Below, in pieces: positions 9,183 to 19,066 of a stretch of 64,000 bases of DNA. The translations under genes and the position numbers were made by a program. Positions within the stretch are counted from its first letter, which is position 1, and every line of letters starts with the position of its first letter. This DNA comes from an uncultured Nitrososphaerota archaeon (lineage in GTDB: Archaea > Thermoproteota > Nitrososphaeria > Nitrososphaerales > Gagatemarchaeaceae): positions 1,088,001-1,152,000 of the forward strand of contig OY969807.1 in the NCBI GenBank assembly GCA_963703285.1, given 5' to 3'. Below the pieces are notes generated by a model, which saw only the letters and a program-made list of their open reading frames with translations, did not search any database and was not told where the DNA came from.

Positions 9183-11006
9183 TTATCGCGCCCGCCGCAG
9201 GACCTGGGCGTCTACGTAGACGTTTGCGAGGAGAAGGAGTGGTGCTACCGCGAGCATCCAGATCAGAACCTCCTGTGCTCCGGCCGCAGAGATGGGCAGC
9301 AGCGAGAGGATTACGCCCTTCGGGTGCACGGCGTAGGGGAGGACTGCCAAGAGGGCGAGGCTGGACAGGCTGAAGAACGAGAGGAAGAGCTGCGTTCCAA
9401 GATGCCCCAGCTCGAGTATGTCGAAGAAAAGGTAGGCGGAGAGGATGGCCAGGGTCCCGAAGACGACCACCGATGGAGTGAGAAGGTACACGGCGCCCCC
9501 GGCGACGAAGCAGCTGGCTCCCACGAGGACCGGAAGGGCGTCCGCTCCCGAGCGCGGCATCCCCCGGGAGCTCCTCAGCCAGACCGAGGAGAGCACGATG
9601 ATACCGAGGCTCGCCAGAACCATGAAATCGGTGATGTCCACTAGGAAGTTCTCGTTTCCTTCGGCGAGCAGGAAGATGGAGACTAGGGTGAAGATCCATG
9701 ATCCGCTTGCGATGGACTGCGGCAGGTACCCGTCGTCAGCCAGCGCAGACAGGTGCCTGGTGGCCGCGAGGAAGGCTGGCACGAAGGTTGTGACGGTCGC
9801 AATGAGGAAGGCAATCGCCATCAGGAGTTCCTGAGTAGTGCCGAGGAAGGTGCTCGAGAGGTAGAGTGCCGGTATCTGGGCCGCGAGTAGGGCCGCCTTG
9901 TCGGGGTGGGCTGCGAAGACCGCGACGCCGTAGAGGATGTTTATCGTGGCTGCAATAATGACTGTCAAGATCATCGCGACTCCCAAGAACTTACCCTTGC
10001 CCATCGTGTACCCCTTCCTAATCCACGAGACGACCGGAACCCTAGTGCGCTCGACGGCGTCCTGTTCTAGGGACTGGATTTCCTGAAAACCGAAAAAGAG
10101 CAGATAGAGGTAGCCCGTGTTGATTATCAGCGCCACAGGCCAGCTCCCGCTCCCCGTGAAAGTCAGGATCCCCGAGAGGCTCCACGATCCCTTCGAACCA
10201 AGGAGCGTGCTGTCATAGACGAGGATGGCCACGAGGAGGCCCGTGAGGAAGATCTGGAGCACGCCGGTTGCCCGCAGGAGCTTGGTCTCAAACAGGACGT
10301 CCAGCACGGTCCACCCAATCAGCCCGATCGCTAGGGCGTAGACGATGAGCGACCCGGGCGTCCCCGTGACCCCGAAATCCGCGAGAATCTTCGGAAGGTA
10401 CGTGAAGTCAAAAATCAGGAAGACTATCTTCGAGTAGGCCGCGAGCGCTGTGTTCGCTATCCACATGGACATTCTGGAGACGAAGTACCTCACGCTCCTC
10501 ACGCCGACGGCAACCCTCGCGAAGGAAGGCCCGCCGACGGCCGGCAGCCCCATCCGTCTCATCTCGGCGTACATGTTCGCGTAGACCTTGGCCATCAGCA
10601 CCGAGAGCACGGCCGCGAGGGCCAGGGACCCTAGGGAGACGAACTCGTACTGCAGGATGTTCTGTGGTATCAGGATGAAGAGCGGGGACCCGAGGGTGGC
10701 GCCTACGCCTATCGCGACCATCGTGCCGAGCCCGTACACGGGCTTGGGGACTTTCACCCTCCGCGGCCTGCTGAACCTTGCCCTCACTGACTGGGGCAGG
10801 GACGCGATTAGCGAGACCCCGGCGAGCGCGAGGCTGACCGCCGCGACTGCCACAACGACGTCGCCCAGCGAGAGGCTGCCCTGCTGGGAGAGGTAGCTGA
10901 GATCGTCGTACAGGTAGCCCGTCGCGAAGGCAGCCGCCCCTAGGCCGAAGACTAGCGCGGCCACCTTCACAGCGAGCGCGCCGAGCTGTCCTTTCGGGAT
11001 GGCCAC
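9183..11006 (-). CDS. APC-family amino acid permease
   Basis: GVGATLGSPLF, GG.S and A.TR.L.ALA.DGYLP motifs; many TM helices. Confidence 0.85.
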   Translation of the reverse strand: MAIPKGQLGALAVKVAALVFGLGAAAFATGYLYDDLSYLSQQGSLSLGDVVVAVAAVSLALAGVSLIASLPQSVRARFSRPRRVKVPKPVYGLGTMVAIGVGATLGSPLFILIPQNILQYEFVSLGSLALAAVLSVLMAKVYANMYAEMRRMGLPAVGGPSFARVAVGVRSVRYFVSRMSMWIANTALAAYSKIVFLIFDFTYLPKILADFGVTGTPGSLIVYALAIGLIGWTVLDVLFETKLLRATGVLQIFLTGLLVAILVYDSTLLGSKGSWSLSGILTFTGSGSWPVALIINTGYLYLLFFGFQEIQSLEQDAVERTRVPVVSWIRKGYTMGKGKFLGVAMILTVIIAATINILYGVAVFAAHPDKAALLAAQIPALYLSSTFLGTTQELLMAIAFLIATVTTFVPAFLAATRHLSALADDGYLPQSIASGSWIFTLVSIFLLAEGNENFLVDITDFMVLASLGIIVLSSVWLRSSRGMPRSGADALPVLVGASCFVAGGAVYLLTPSVVVFGTLAILSAYLFFDILELGHLGTQLFLSFFSLSSLALLAVLPYAVHPKGVILSLLPISAAGAQEVLIWMLAVAPLLLLANVYVDAQVLRRAR

Positions 11007-11488
11007 TAGCGGACACTCGTCTCAAGCATCAGGTCCGATTCTCTGATATTCCGGGACGCCTGCCTCAGGGTGTAGAAGGCGCAGAGCATTAGAATGGAGG
11101 CGAGGACGAAGTCGAGCGCAGGGGCGCCGACGTATAGCGGTCCCGAGCTGAACGACGGCGCGAGGGCGTTCGAGAAGTAGTCGAGGAACTGGTGCGGGGT
11201 GAGTAGTCCGATCAGCACGGGAACGAAGGCTGAAATGCCGATGATTGTAAGAAAGGAGGCCAAGATTAGCTCCCCGAGGGAGATGAGTATAGTCCCGCCC
11301 CTGCTCTGCTTCCTCTTCGTCTGGAGCAGGCCGAGGAACCTCAGCATCTCCGCGTCCCCCGAGTTCGCGAACGCCCCGTCGAGTACCCCCTTCAGCGCGG
11401 CGTCCGAGTCGTAAAGGAGGGTGAGAGCTTTCACGTCGAGTTTCAGCTTGGAGACCAGGTCGCCGCCCTGGCCCTCGTCTAGGCTCAT
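11006..11488 (-). CDS. Hypothetical membrane protein coupled to the permease
   Basis: Two TM helices; stop overlaps the permease start. Confidence 0.7.
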   Translation of the reverse strand: MSLDEGQGGDLVSKLKLDVKALTLLYDSDAALKGVLDGAFANSGDAEMLRFLGLLQTKRKQSRGGTILISLGELILASFLTIIGISAFVPVLIGLLTPHQFLDYFSNALAPSFSSGPLYVGAPALDFVLASILMLCAFYTLRQASRNIRESDLMLETSVR

Positions 11489-11679
11489 GAGGGTGGCTTG
11501 GAGGGCCGCTTCGGTATTTTTCGGTTGCGTCTGTTTGCTCCGGAGCCCGCCGCGGGGACTGATATGCTTAAATAACACGCCAACGGAGTTCAAGATTGCT
11601 GCAAGTCGCAGTCTTGTTGATTCAGGACGATTACGCTCTGATTCTCTGACGTCGATTTTGCCGTGGAAAACAAAAGAAA

Positions 11680-12933
11680 ATGAACAGTTTCGAAGAAATG
11701 GACTTGGACCCTGAACTATTGAAGGGTGTAAGGGCAGCTGGATACGAGAAGCCTTTCCCGATCCAGCAACTCGCTATTGGCCCCCTTTTATCAGGCCGAA
11801 ACGTGATAGGACAGGCGAAGACGGGTAGCGGTAAGACGGCGGCCTTCGGGCTCCCGCTTCTGAATATGGTGAACCCCGACAAGTGGGAGGTGCAGGCGCT
11901 GGTCCTGGCGCCGACCAGGGAGCTCGCCCAGCAGATAACCGCCGAGCTGAAGAGGCTCGCTATCTACACTCGCACACGGATGGTCACCATCTATGGCGGC
12001 CACTCGATAAACGTCGAGTTTGAGGCGCTCGACAAGGGAGTCCACGTCGTCGTGGGAACGCCCGGTCGCATCATGGACCACATCAAGCGGGGCAGTCTCG
12101 ACCTCAGCAGGGTCAAGTACGTGATCCTCGACGAGGCGGACACCATGCTCGACATGGGATTCATCGAGGACATCGAGTTCATCCTCGACTCGATCCCCGA
12201 GCCGAGGCAGATGGGCCTCTTCTCGGCGACCATGCCGAGGAGGATCATCGACGTCGCAAACAAGTACATGCACAACCCCGAGAAGATCCTGGTCTCCGCG
12301 GACAATCCGACGGTCGAGACTCTGGAGCAGTTCTACGCCGTCGTAGAAGCGAAGGACAAGCTCGACGTCCTCGTAGGGATTCTCGAGAAGGAGAAGCCCG
12401 AGAGCACGATAATCTTCTGCAGGACGAAGTACGGAGCCCACAAGCTCGCCCGGGAGCTCGAGAGACGCTACTTCAACGCGGTGCCACTGCACGGCGACCT
12501 GAGCCAGCACCAGCGGGACCATTCCATGGGCGCCTTCAGGTCGGGACACGCCGATGTCCTCGTTGCCACTGACGTGGCCAGCAGGGGGATAGACATCTCC
12601 CAGGTGGACTGCGTCATCAACTACGACGTCCCCGAGGACCCTGTTCTCTACTTCCACAGGGTGGGGAGGACGGCTCGCGCAGGCGACACGGGAAGGGCAT
12701 TCACGCTGGTCTCCTACGAGGAGGACACCGACTTCGCAAGGATCATGGGCCTGACGACGGCCGTGATCAAGCCCATGAGGCCCGAGGACGCTGAGCACAA
12801 CTTCTACGTCACCAACAGGGGCACCATCACGGAGCTCCAGAACCAGAGGCGTGGAGGAGGCAGGAGGTACTCAAGTTATAGGGGAGGACGGAGAGGCGGT
12901 AGTGGCGGCAGTTGGAGAGGGTCGAGATGGTGA
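11680..12933 (+). CDS. DEAD-box RNA helicase with RGG-rich tail
   Basis: Q motif, AKTGSGKT, PTRELA, TPGR, DEAD, SAT, HRVGRTARAG. Confidence 0.97.
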   Translation: MNSFEEMDLDPELLKGVRAAGYEKPFPIQQLAIGPLLSGRNVIGQAKTGSGKTAAFGLPLLNMVNPDKWEVQALVLAPTRELAQQITAELKRLAIYTRTRMVTIYGGHSINVEFEALDKGVHVVVGTPGRIMDHIKRGSLDLSRVKYVILDEADTMLDMGFIEDIEFILDSIPEPRQMGLFSATMPRRIIDVANKYMHNPEKILVSADNPTVETLEQFYAVVEAKDKLDVLVGILEKEKPESTIIFCRTKYGAHKLARELERRYFNAVPLHGDLSQHQRDHSMGAFRSGHADVLVATDVASRGIDISQVDCVINYDVPEDPVLYFHRVGRTARAGDTGRAFTLVSYEEDTDFARIMGLTTAVIKPMRPEDAEHNFYVTNRGTITELQNQRRGGGRRYSSYRGGRRGGSGGSWRGSRW

Positions 12934-13106
12934 AGTGCTATAACTGCAACTCGGTAGCCAAGGTCCAGTGCGCCGAGTGCCATCGCTGGGTATGCCGTTC
13001 GCACTCGAGCGTCATCTTCAATGAGGACTCCAGAACGTTCAAGAGCCTCTGCGGCGCATGCTACTCGCAAGTGAGGAGATTGAGTTGGGTAAGAGAAAGG
13101 TCCTAA
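12927..13106 (+). CDS. Small Cys/His zinc-finger protein (59 aa)
   Basis: CxxC-x7-CxxC-x4-CxxH...CxxC; overlaps both neighbouring genes. Confidence 0.7.
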   Translation: MVKCYNCNSVAKVQCAECHRWVCRSHSSVIFNEDSRTFKSLCGACYSQVRRLSWVRERS

Positions 13107-13498
13107 ACGAAGCGCATCTCAAGGAGCTCGTGCTCCCCCAGCAGGGAGAAATCCTTGGTCGCGTAGTCAAGATTTCCGGAGGAAACCAGGTCATTGTGGC
13201 CTGCGTCGACGGGCAGACGAGGCTAAGCAGGATCAGGGGCAAGATGAAGCGCCGAATGTGGATACGGGAGAGGGACATCGTCCTCGTCTCACCCTGGGAC
13301 TTCGACAACAAGCGCGCCGACATCATCTGGCGATACATCAAGGACCATGCAGATTGGCTCGAGAACAACGGGTATATGAACAAGCCCGAAGCGAAGCCCG
13401 CAGCCGCTCCCGCGGCCCCCGCACCAGCACCAGCGGTAGCACCGGCACCCAAGCCGGCGACCGAGACGCCGCCCCCTCAGCAAGAAATCCCGCAGTAG
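13085..13498 (+). CDS. eif1a: Translation initiation factor aIF-1A with Pro/Ala-rich tail
   Basis: TTG start, MGKRKVLNE; RIRGKMKRRMWIRE.D.VLVSPWDF..KRADI.WRY. Confidence 0.95.
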   Translation: MGKRKVLNEAHLKELVLPQQGEILGRVVKISGGNQVIVACVDGQTRLSRIRGKMKRRMWIRERDIVLVSPWDFDNKRADIIWRYIKDHADWLENNGYMNKPEAKPAAAPAAPAPAPAVAPAPKPATETPPPQQEIPQ

Positions 13499-13511
13499 GA
13501 AACGGACGCGC

Positions 13512-14267
13512 CTAGAGGAGGGGTGTCCACCCCGGCCTCTTCGACCAAGTGGCGACCGCGTCGTGGGCGTGAATCGACTCGAAGCACCTCGCCGTGATGT
13601 AGAGCGAGTTCGGGAACCTGCTGGCGCACTCCCTCACCAGGTCCTCCGCGAACCTTCCGTTCTCCTGCGCCTCCAGGATCTTCCTCGCCTCCTCGACCCT
13701 CTTCATCTTCTCTGTCGGCATCGCCGAGAAGCACTCCTCCATCTTCCCGATCGTCTCAATCAGGTCGAGCTGCCCCCTCCTGTCGACGACCATGGTCAGC
13801 TCCGCCCTCTGCATGTGGCCTATGCCTATCATCCTCTTGCTGCAGGGACAGGCCGTCATCCCCCTGGCGTTGAGCTGGTATCTAACGGCCCCCTTCTCCG
13901 TCGTCCTTATCGCGACGGGGATGAACTGATCAGAGTAAGGGATCTCGAACCTGCAGGTGACCCACGATCCGGGCTGGGTCCTGTTCACGTCTCGACAGAT
14001 CGCCTTGAGCCACCCCTCGATCCCGAGCCCCTCCCTCGCCGAGGCGGCGTGGACGAGCCTGCTCATGTGGACGCCCCTGTGCAGCCCCGTGGAGGTCTGG
14101 ATATCGAGGAAGACGGGAATCGAGGTCTTCCCATTGAGGTAGAGTATCTGGAGGTTGGCGACGCCCGCGTCTACAGCCACCTCGGCGGGTTCGCTCTGGG
14201 TATCGGCCAAGATGTCAATCAACTCCGTCCTGGCCATCTGTTCCGTGTTATCCTTGCCACGACGCAC
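13512..14267 (-). CDS. folE2: GTP cyclohydrolase, FolE2/MptA family
   Basis: GVHMSR, MTACPCS, HMQR, FAEDLVR and ESIHAHDA motifs. Confidence 0.88.
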   Translation of the reverse strand: MRRGKDNTEQMARTELIDILADTQSEPAEVAVDAGVANLQILYLNGKTSIPVFLDIQTSTGLHRGVHMSRLVHAASAREGLGIEGWLKAICRDVNRTQPGSWVTCRFEIPYSDQFIPVAIRTTEKGAVRYQLNARGMTACPCSKRMIGIGHMQRAELTMVVDRRGQLDLIETIGKMEECFSAMPTEKMKRVEEARKILEAQENGRFAEDLVRECASRFPNSLYITARCFESIHAHDAVATWSKRPGWTPLL

Positions 14268-14934
14268 GAATCCGGCCGGTTGCCACCCGTTTTAGACCCT
14301 TTCGGTCACCGCGACCCCTGAGCGGGTCCTCGACCCCCGCCAGACGGAAGGCCGACTCTCGCTTCCGGCACCCATCACACTCCCAGCAGTGCGTCGTCCC
14401 TGCGCGGTGGCAGGACCAAGTAAGCTCGAGGGGCACGGACAGCTTCGAGGCGAGCCCGACGACCTCCGCCTTGCTCATGGCCGAGAGCGGCCGCCATATC
14501 CTAAGGTCCAGCTCTCTCAGCCTGGCCGAGGCGGCTCTCAGGGATCTCTCCGTCGACTGGAAGAACTCCTCGCTCGTGTCCTCAAAGACGCCCCTGTCGT
14601 CGGCGTTGTGCCCTCCGACGATAAGGGCCGCGCCCGCCTCCTCCGCATAGGCAGCCGCGACGCTGTAGAAGATCGAGTTCTTCATGGGGATGTACGTGGG
14701 CGGCAGGTGCGCGAGTCGCCTCGCGCCGGAGTCCCCGGCCTCCATCAGGTCCGGCATCGTGAAGACCCGGTGCTCAACCGCGCCGGAGGCTGCGGCTAGC
14801 CGCCCCGCGGCGACGAGCTCCCCCCTCGCCGTCCCGTGTATCCTCATCGTGAGGGCCCTGTTGGTGAAACCCCTCTGTTTGGACAGATAGAGGCACGTCG
14901 CCGAGTCTATCCCACCCGAGAGCAGGACTATCGC
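14248..14934 (-). CDS. queC: 7-cyano-7-deazaguanine synthase; no canonical start, probably fused to QueD
   Basis: AIVLLSGGIDS, TYIPMKN, TWSC..HCWECDGCRKR. Confidence 0.9.
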   Translation of the reverse strand, partial: AIVLLSGGIDSATCLYLSKQRGFTNRALTMRIHGTARGELVAAGRLAAASGAVEHRVFTMPDLMEAGDSGARRLAHLPPTYIPMKNSIFYSVAAAYAEEAGAALIVGGHNADDRGVFEDTSEEFFQSTERSLRAASARLRELDLRIWRPLSAMSKAEVVGLASKLSVPLELTWSCHRAGTTHCWECDGCRKRESAFRLAGVEDPLRGRGDRKGLKRVATGRIRASWQG

Positions 14935-15794
14935 TTGCGTGGCCGTCCGGCCTCTCTGGAGTGGATCCTCGCGAGGAGGTGCGTCCCCTTGTTGAGCCCC
15001 TCGTAGACGTAGACGCCGACCGCCTCGACGTTGTCGGGCATGCCGGGTGCGATCCTGCGGACGAGCTCCTGCGCCAGGTTCTCCACGGTCGCCTCCTCCT
15101 CGAGGAGGACGGTGGTCCTGGCGGGGACCTTCATCTCGAACCTTCCGTGAACCGTGTCGAACCCGATGCTGACGCTCGACCCCTCCCTTCCCAAGACGTA
15201 CCGTTCGCTGATGAAGAGCTTGTGATCCAGCCCCCTCACGGCGTCCCTGATGAGCGGCTTGGCGTCGTTGAAGTCGACAACCATGCCGTCCTTCGGCGTC
15301 CCGGCCAGCTCAACCAAGACCGAGGACGTGTGTCCGTGCATCACCGAGCACTTCTCCGTCTTCGGGAGGATGTGGGCGTAGTCGAAGTTGAACGATGGGT
15401 CGTCGAGGAAGATGGTTTGGAGCCTCAGCCCCTTGGCGTCGCCGGAACGCACGACACGTATCCCCGCGTCGAGGATGTCGCTCAGCGAATCGCTCTCGGA
15501 AATCAGGAAGCACTCCCTTCCCTCGGCGGTTGCCCTCTGCCTCTCCGCCACAGTCAAATCTTCGCCGATGAGCAGGAGGTTGTCACCGACAGCGAAGTCG
15601 GCCCTCCTGGCGGCCCCGGGGTAAACCCGGACGTCCGTACGGTACACGGCTCCCGCCGCGTCGAGGATCTTGCTCACGAGCGCGTGCAGGCTGGAAGGGT
15701 ATCTCCTCCCCCTGCTCCTGTAGACCCTTGCGTAGCCTCCCCTGTCGAGCTCCTTGACCCTAGCCGAGATACCCTCTAGGAGGTCCTTTTGCAC
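14928..15794 (-). CDS. queD: 6-carboxy-5,6,7,8-tetrahydropterin synthase with an extra N-terminal domain
   Basis: FDYAH..C...HGH, GMVVDF, LDHK and TVENLA motifs. Confidence 0.88.
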   Translation of the reverse strand: MQKDLLEGISARVKELDRGGYARVYRSRGRRYPSSLHALVSKILDAAGAVYRTDVRVYPGAARRADFAVGDNLLLIGEDLTVAERQRATAEGRECFLISESDSLSDILDAGIRVVRSGDAKGLRLQTIFLDDPSFNFDYAHILPKTEKCSVMHGHTSSVLVELAGTPKDGMVVDFNDAKPLIRDAVRGLDHKLFISERYVLGREGSSVSIGFDTVHGRFEMKVPARTTVLLEEEATVENLAQELVRRIAPGMPDNVEAVGVYVYEGLNKGTHLLARIHSREAGRPRKR

Positions 15795-15936
15795 GATGGC
15801 GCGCCGGCAGAATTCAACTTATAGCGTTTACTCGAGAACCCTCCTCTCTCGCCATCTTGGCACGAGTAAGGGCCCCGTCGACCTGTGGAGGCATCCAGCC
15901 GGAATCACGATACTCGTGCCAAAGTCCAGAATCTGA

Positions 15937-15942
15937 TTTATA
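15937..15942 (+). promoter_or_regulatory. TATA box of the tRNA-Gly gene
   Basis: TTTATA about 27-32 nt upstream of the tRNA 5' end. Confidence 0.6.
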
Positions 15943-15968
15943 CCCACCCGATAGTCCTCCGAGGCCGT

Positions 15969-16079
15969 GCGGCCGTGATCCAGTGGTTAGGATGCGGGCT
16001 TCCCAATCCGCCAGAGAGGAGAGAGCCTGCCGCCCGGGTTCGAAATCGACTCGTGTCGACGAGGGTCCCGGCGGCCGCA
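15969..16079 (+). tRNA. tRNA-Gly(CCC) with two BHB introns: 16006-16023 at 37/38 and 16045-16065 at 59/60
   Basis: Acceptor GCGGCCG/CGGCCGC-A; D stem ATCC/GGAT; anticodon stem CGGGC/GCCTG with TT-CCC-A; T stem CCGGG/CCCGG. Both inserts fold into bulge-helix-bulge motifs. Confidence 0.93.
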
Positions 16080-16254
16080 CACATTGCCGGGTGAAATCAC
16101 TCGAGCAAGAATCCTCCTTTTGCTGCGGTGATAATCAGAAGGAGGAGTGAGGTGCACGGCATCTACGGCTACGCTACCGCCGCCTTTCGAACGCGCCCCC
16201 TCTGGTCGACAGGTCAGGAGGGATCGAGGCCTCGCGAACTGCTTCTCCGGATCG

Positions 16255-17757
16255 TCACGTCGACGGCGCCATCCCCATGACCTGCTCCGTGCGCGCAGGG
16301 GCCTTTCGGAAGGTGTAGTTCCTTACGAAGAGGCTCATGATGCCTATCCCAACCATCAGGGCGATGGCTATCCAGAAGATGAGGTTGAACGCGTAGGAGC
16401 TGGGTAGCTCTCCCACCGTGACGGGAACCCCTCCGACGGGTACGATTAGTGGGGTCGTATATGTGGTCATGATGGTCGTGGCTAGGACGGGACCTATCGC
16501 ACCTCCCACGTTCCTAAGCATGGTGTTCATCCCAAGCCCGACCGCCACGTTCTCCCGTGGAACCGAGATGGAAATCATGTTCACAATCGGAATCATTATG
16601 GAGACCATGCCGATGAACGAGACGGTGGCGTCCTCCGTGAGGTCGGTGGTGGTCCCACGGTGCCCAAGGAAGAGAGCGACGCCGAGGGCCGTGACCACTG
16701 CGCCGAAGAGCAACATCGGCTTCGGGCCTATCCTGGTCATCGTCCTCCCCAGTATCGGCCCGACGACCAGCATGACGAGCGTCGCAGGAGCGAGCACGAG
16801 GCCTGCCGATACAATGTCCAGTCCGAGGCCGAAGGGCGTGGGCAGTTCGGCGTAGTAGATGACTGCGAAGAAGAGCAAGAACATAGCCATGCCAGAGGCC
16901 ACTCCGACGATGTTGGAGATGAAGACGTCGCGGATTTTGAGAAGGCTCATTTGGATGAGAGGGTGCGACCTCTTGGACTCGTATACGAAGAAGAACGCCG
17001 TCAGGATGGCGCCAGGGACGAACATTACCATCTCCTCGAGAGAGTACCATCCGAGCGTCGGCCCCTCGGTAAGATAGACAAGCAACAGCGTAATTCCCGC
17101 GATAAGAATCGCAGCCCCGGTGTAGTCCACGCGCGACTTCTGCGCCGGATTGTCCCTCTTGATCACCCTGGCGACCGCAGCAAAGAGGATGAGGCTGAGG
17201 ACGAAAGCAGTGTGGAACGCCCACTGCCATCCCAAATCCTGGACGATATACGAACCAATTATCAACCCAGCGGAGGCGCCTATGGCGAACGTCCCGCTGA
17301 TAACACCCTGAGCCGTCGCGACCCGCTCCTTCGGAAATACGTCTGTGATAATAGCGATGGCTAGCGGCATTATTGCGAAACCGACGCCTTGCACTGCCCT
17401 CGCGACTATCAGGAAGTAGATGTTGGGAGCGAAGCCTGCTATCCCGACTCCTGCGATGTAGAATGTCATGGCCGTGAGGAACATCCTTTTCTTTCCGTGT
17501 GTGTCGCCGAGCTTCCCGAATAGCGGCGCGACGGCGCTGCCAACAATGAGAAGCGCCGATGTGACCCATGACGTCACGCTCGACGTGGTCGAAAAGTCCT
17601 TCTGGATTGTCGGCAGGCCAGGTATGACCATCGTCTCCACGTAAGTGACAATAAGGGCGACGCTCGTCAGCGTAATCAGCACCCTCGTTGCGTGACGCCT
17701 CTCCTCGATCACTGCGGCGTCGATGACGGGGATTCCGTTTCCGATGGCCCGCGCCAT
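16255..17757 (-). CDS. MFS transporter (14-TM DHA2-like)
   Basis: GKLGDTHGKKR, ARAVQGVG and GWQWAF motifs. Confidence 0.93.
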   Translation of the reverse strand: MARAIGNGIPVIDAAVIEERRHATRVLITLTSVALIVTYVETMVIPGLPTIQKDFSTTSSVTSWVTSALLIVGSAVAPLFGKLGDTHGKKRMFLTAMTFYIAGVGIAGFAPNIYFLIVARAVQGVGFAIMPLAIAIITDVFPKERVATAQGVISGTFAIGASAGLIIGSYIVQDLGWQWAFHTAFVLSLILFAAVARVIKRDNPAQKSRVDYTGAAILIAGITLLLVYLTEGPTLGWYSLEEMVMFVPGAILTAFFFVYESKRSHPLIQMSLLKIRDVFISNIVGVASGMAMFLLFFAVIYYAELPTPFGLGLDIVSAGLVLAPATLVMLVVGPILGRTMTRIGPKPMLLFGAVVTALGVALFLGHRGTTTDLTEDATVSFIGMVSIMIPIVNMISISVPRENVAVGLGMNTMLRNVGGAIGPVLATTIMTTYTTPLIVPVGGVPVTVGELPSSYAFNLIFWIAIALMVGIGIMSLFVRNYTFRKAPARTEQVMGMAPST

Positions 17758-17955
17758 GAATCGTTGCCCCGACACGCGCCGCAGGTCGAGAGGTATAAAA
17801 TGTTCAGAAGAACGAGAGGTTACAACCCACGCATTAGGATACGAATCGAATGCTGGGTTACCCCTCTCTCGTCACGGATTTGACCCCGCAGCCTCTCATC
17901 ACCCTTGAATCCCTCAGAGCTCTCCGTCGCCCCTAGGCGCCCCTGCGCTGTCGTT

Positions 17956-18867
17956 CTACCCCTCGTACAGGCCGGTCGAGAGGTACCTCTCGCCGCCATC
18001 GGGAAGCACAGCGACGATGGTTCTACCGCTCCCGATCTCCTTAGCTTTGCTCAGCGCGACGTAGAGAATCGCCCCCGAGCTCATCCCGACGAGAAGGCCC
18101 TCCCTGCTTGCGGCCTCCCGAGCGACCTTGAAAGTGGCTTCCTTCTCCTCTTTCCCTATCTCCACGACTTCGTTGAACCACTCCCGCCTGAACAACTGCG
18201 TGGGGAAGGGCTCCGCCGGGTTTCTGAGCCCCTGGATACTGACCCCGAGCTGGGGCGTGACGCCGATTATCTTCACGTCGGGCTTCTGTTCCCTTATGCG
18301 CATGGAAATCCCGACCCCCGTCCCCGCCGTTCCGACGCCCACCACAACCGAGTCGAGCCGTCCTTGGGTCTGTTCGAGTATCTCCCTGCCCGTGGTCAGG
18401 TAGTGGCCCAGGATGTTCGCCGGGTCGCTGAACTGATCTATGTCGATGTACCTCTCCGGGCTCTCCCTCAGGAGCTCCTGTTTGCGCTCTATTGCTCCTG
18501 CGGTCCCCTTCGCGCCCGGCGTAAGGACGAGTTCGGCCCCGTAGGCCCTGATTATCTTCCTCCTCTCTACGCTCACCGATTCCGGCATGACGAGAGACAC
18601 CTTGTACCCCTTGGCCGCGGCTATCATCGCGAGAGCTATCCCCGTGTTTCCTGATGTGGCCTCGAGAATCACCCTGTCCCCCGTCAGCCTTCCGGCTGTC
18701 TTCGCATACTCGAGGATGTAGAGTCCCAGCCTGTCCTTGACGGACCCCCCGATGTTGAACCACTCTAATTTCGCATATATCGTCGCGTCTTCCGGACCTG
18801 TCAGCCTGTTTATCCGGACCATTGGAGTGTCTCCTATCAATTCGGTGATGTCGTTCGCGATTTTCAC
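17956..18867 (-). CDS. cysK: PLP-dependent cysteine synthase family protein
   Basis: IGDTP, GGSVKDR, EATSGNTG, GTAGT, GMSSGA and PDGGERYLS motifs. Confidence 0.9.
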   Translation of the reverse strand: MKIANDITELIGDTPMVRINRLTGPEDATIYAKLEWFNIGGSVKDRLGLYILEYAKTAGRLTGDRVILEATSGNTGIALAMIAAAKGYKVSLVMPESVSVERRKIIRAYGAELVLTPGAKGTAGAIERKQELLRESPERYIDIDQFSDPANILGHYLTTGREILEQTQGRLDSVVVGVGTAGTGVGISMRIREQKPDVKIIGVTPQLGVSIQGLRNPAEPFPTQLFRREWFNEVVEIGKEEKEATFKVAREAASREGLLVGMSSGAILYVALSKAKEIGSGRTIVAVLPDGGERYLSTGLYEG

Positions 18868-19066
18868 GCTGCCCCCCGGAGATCCGACGATTACTTTGGT
18901 TAATAATCTTGCATGTTATAATAGGAATAACGGAATACGCAAGAGAGCGGCATGGCGCGCAGGCGTCACCAGATCTCTGCAGACAGACTCAGGAGTGCAA
19001 TCGCCGAGCGCCCCGGCTTGCGATGCACCATCATATTCATAAGTTGGAGCAGACGCCGGGAGAGTT

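Noticed and set aside
13512-15794. Dpd 7-deazaguanine DNA-modification system
   Set aside because: No DpdA/TGT-like gene nearby. The genes have host-like composition and fit archaeosine precursor synthesis.
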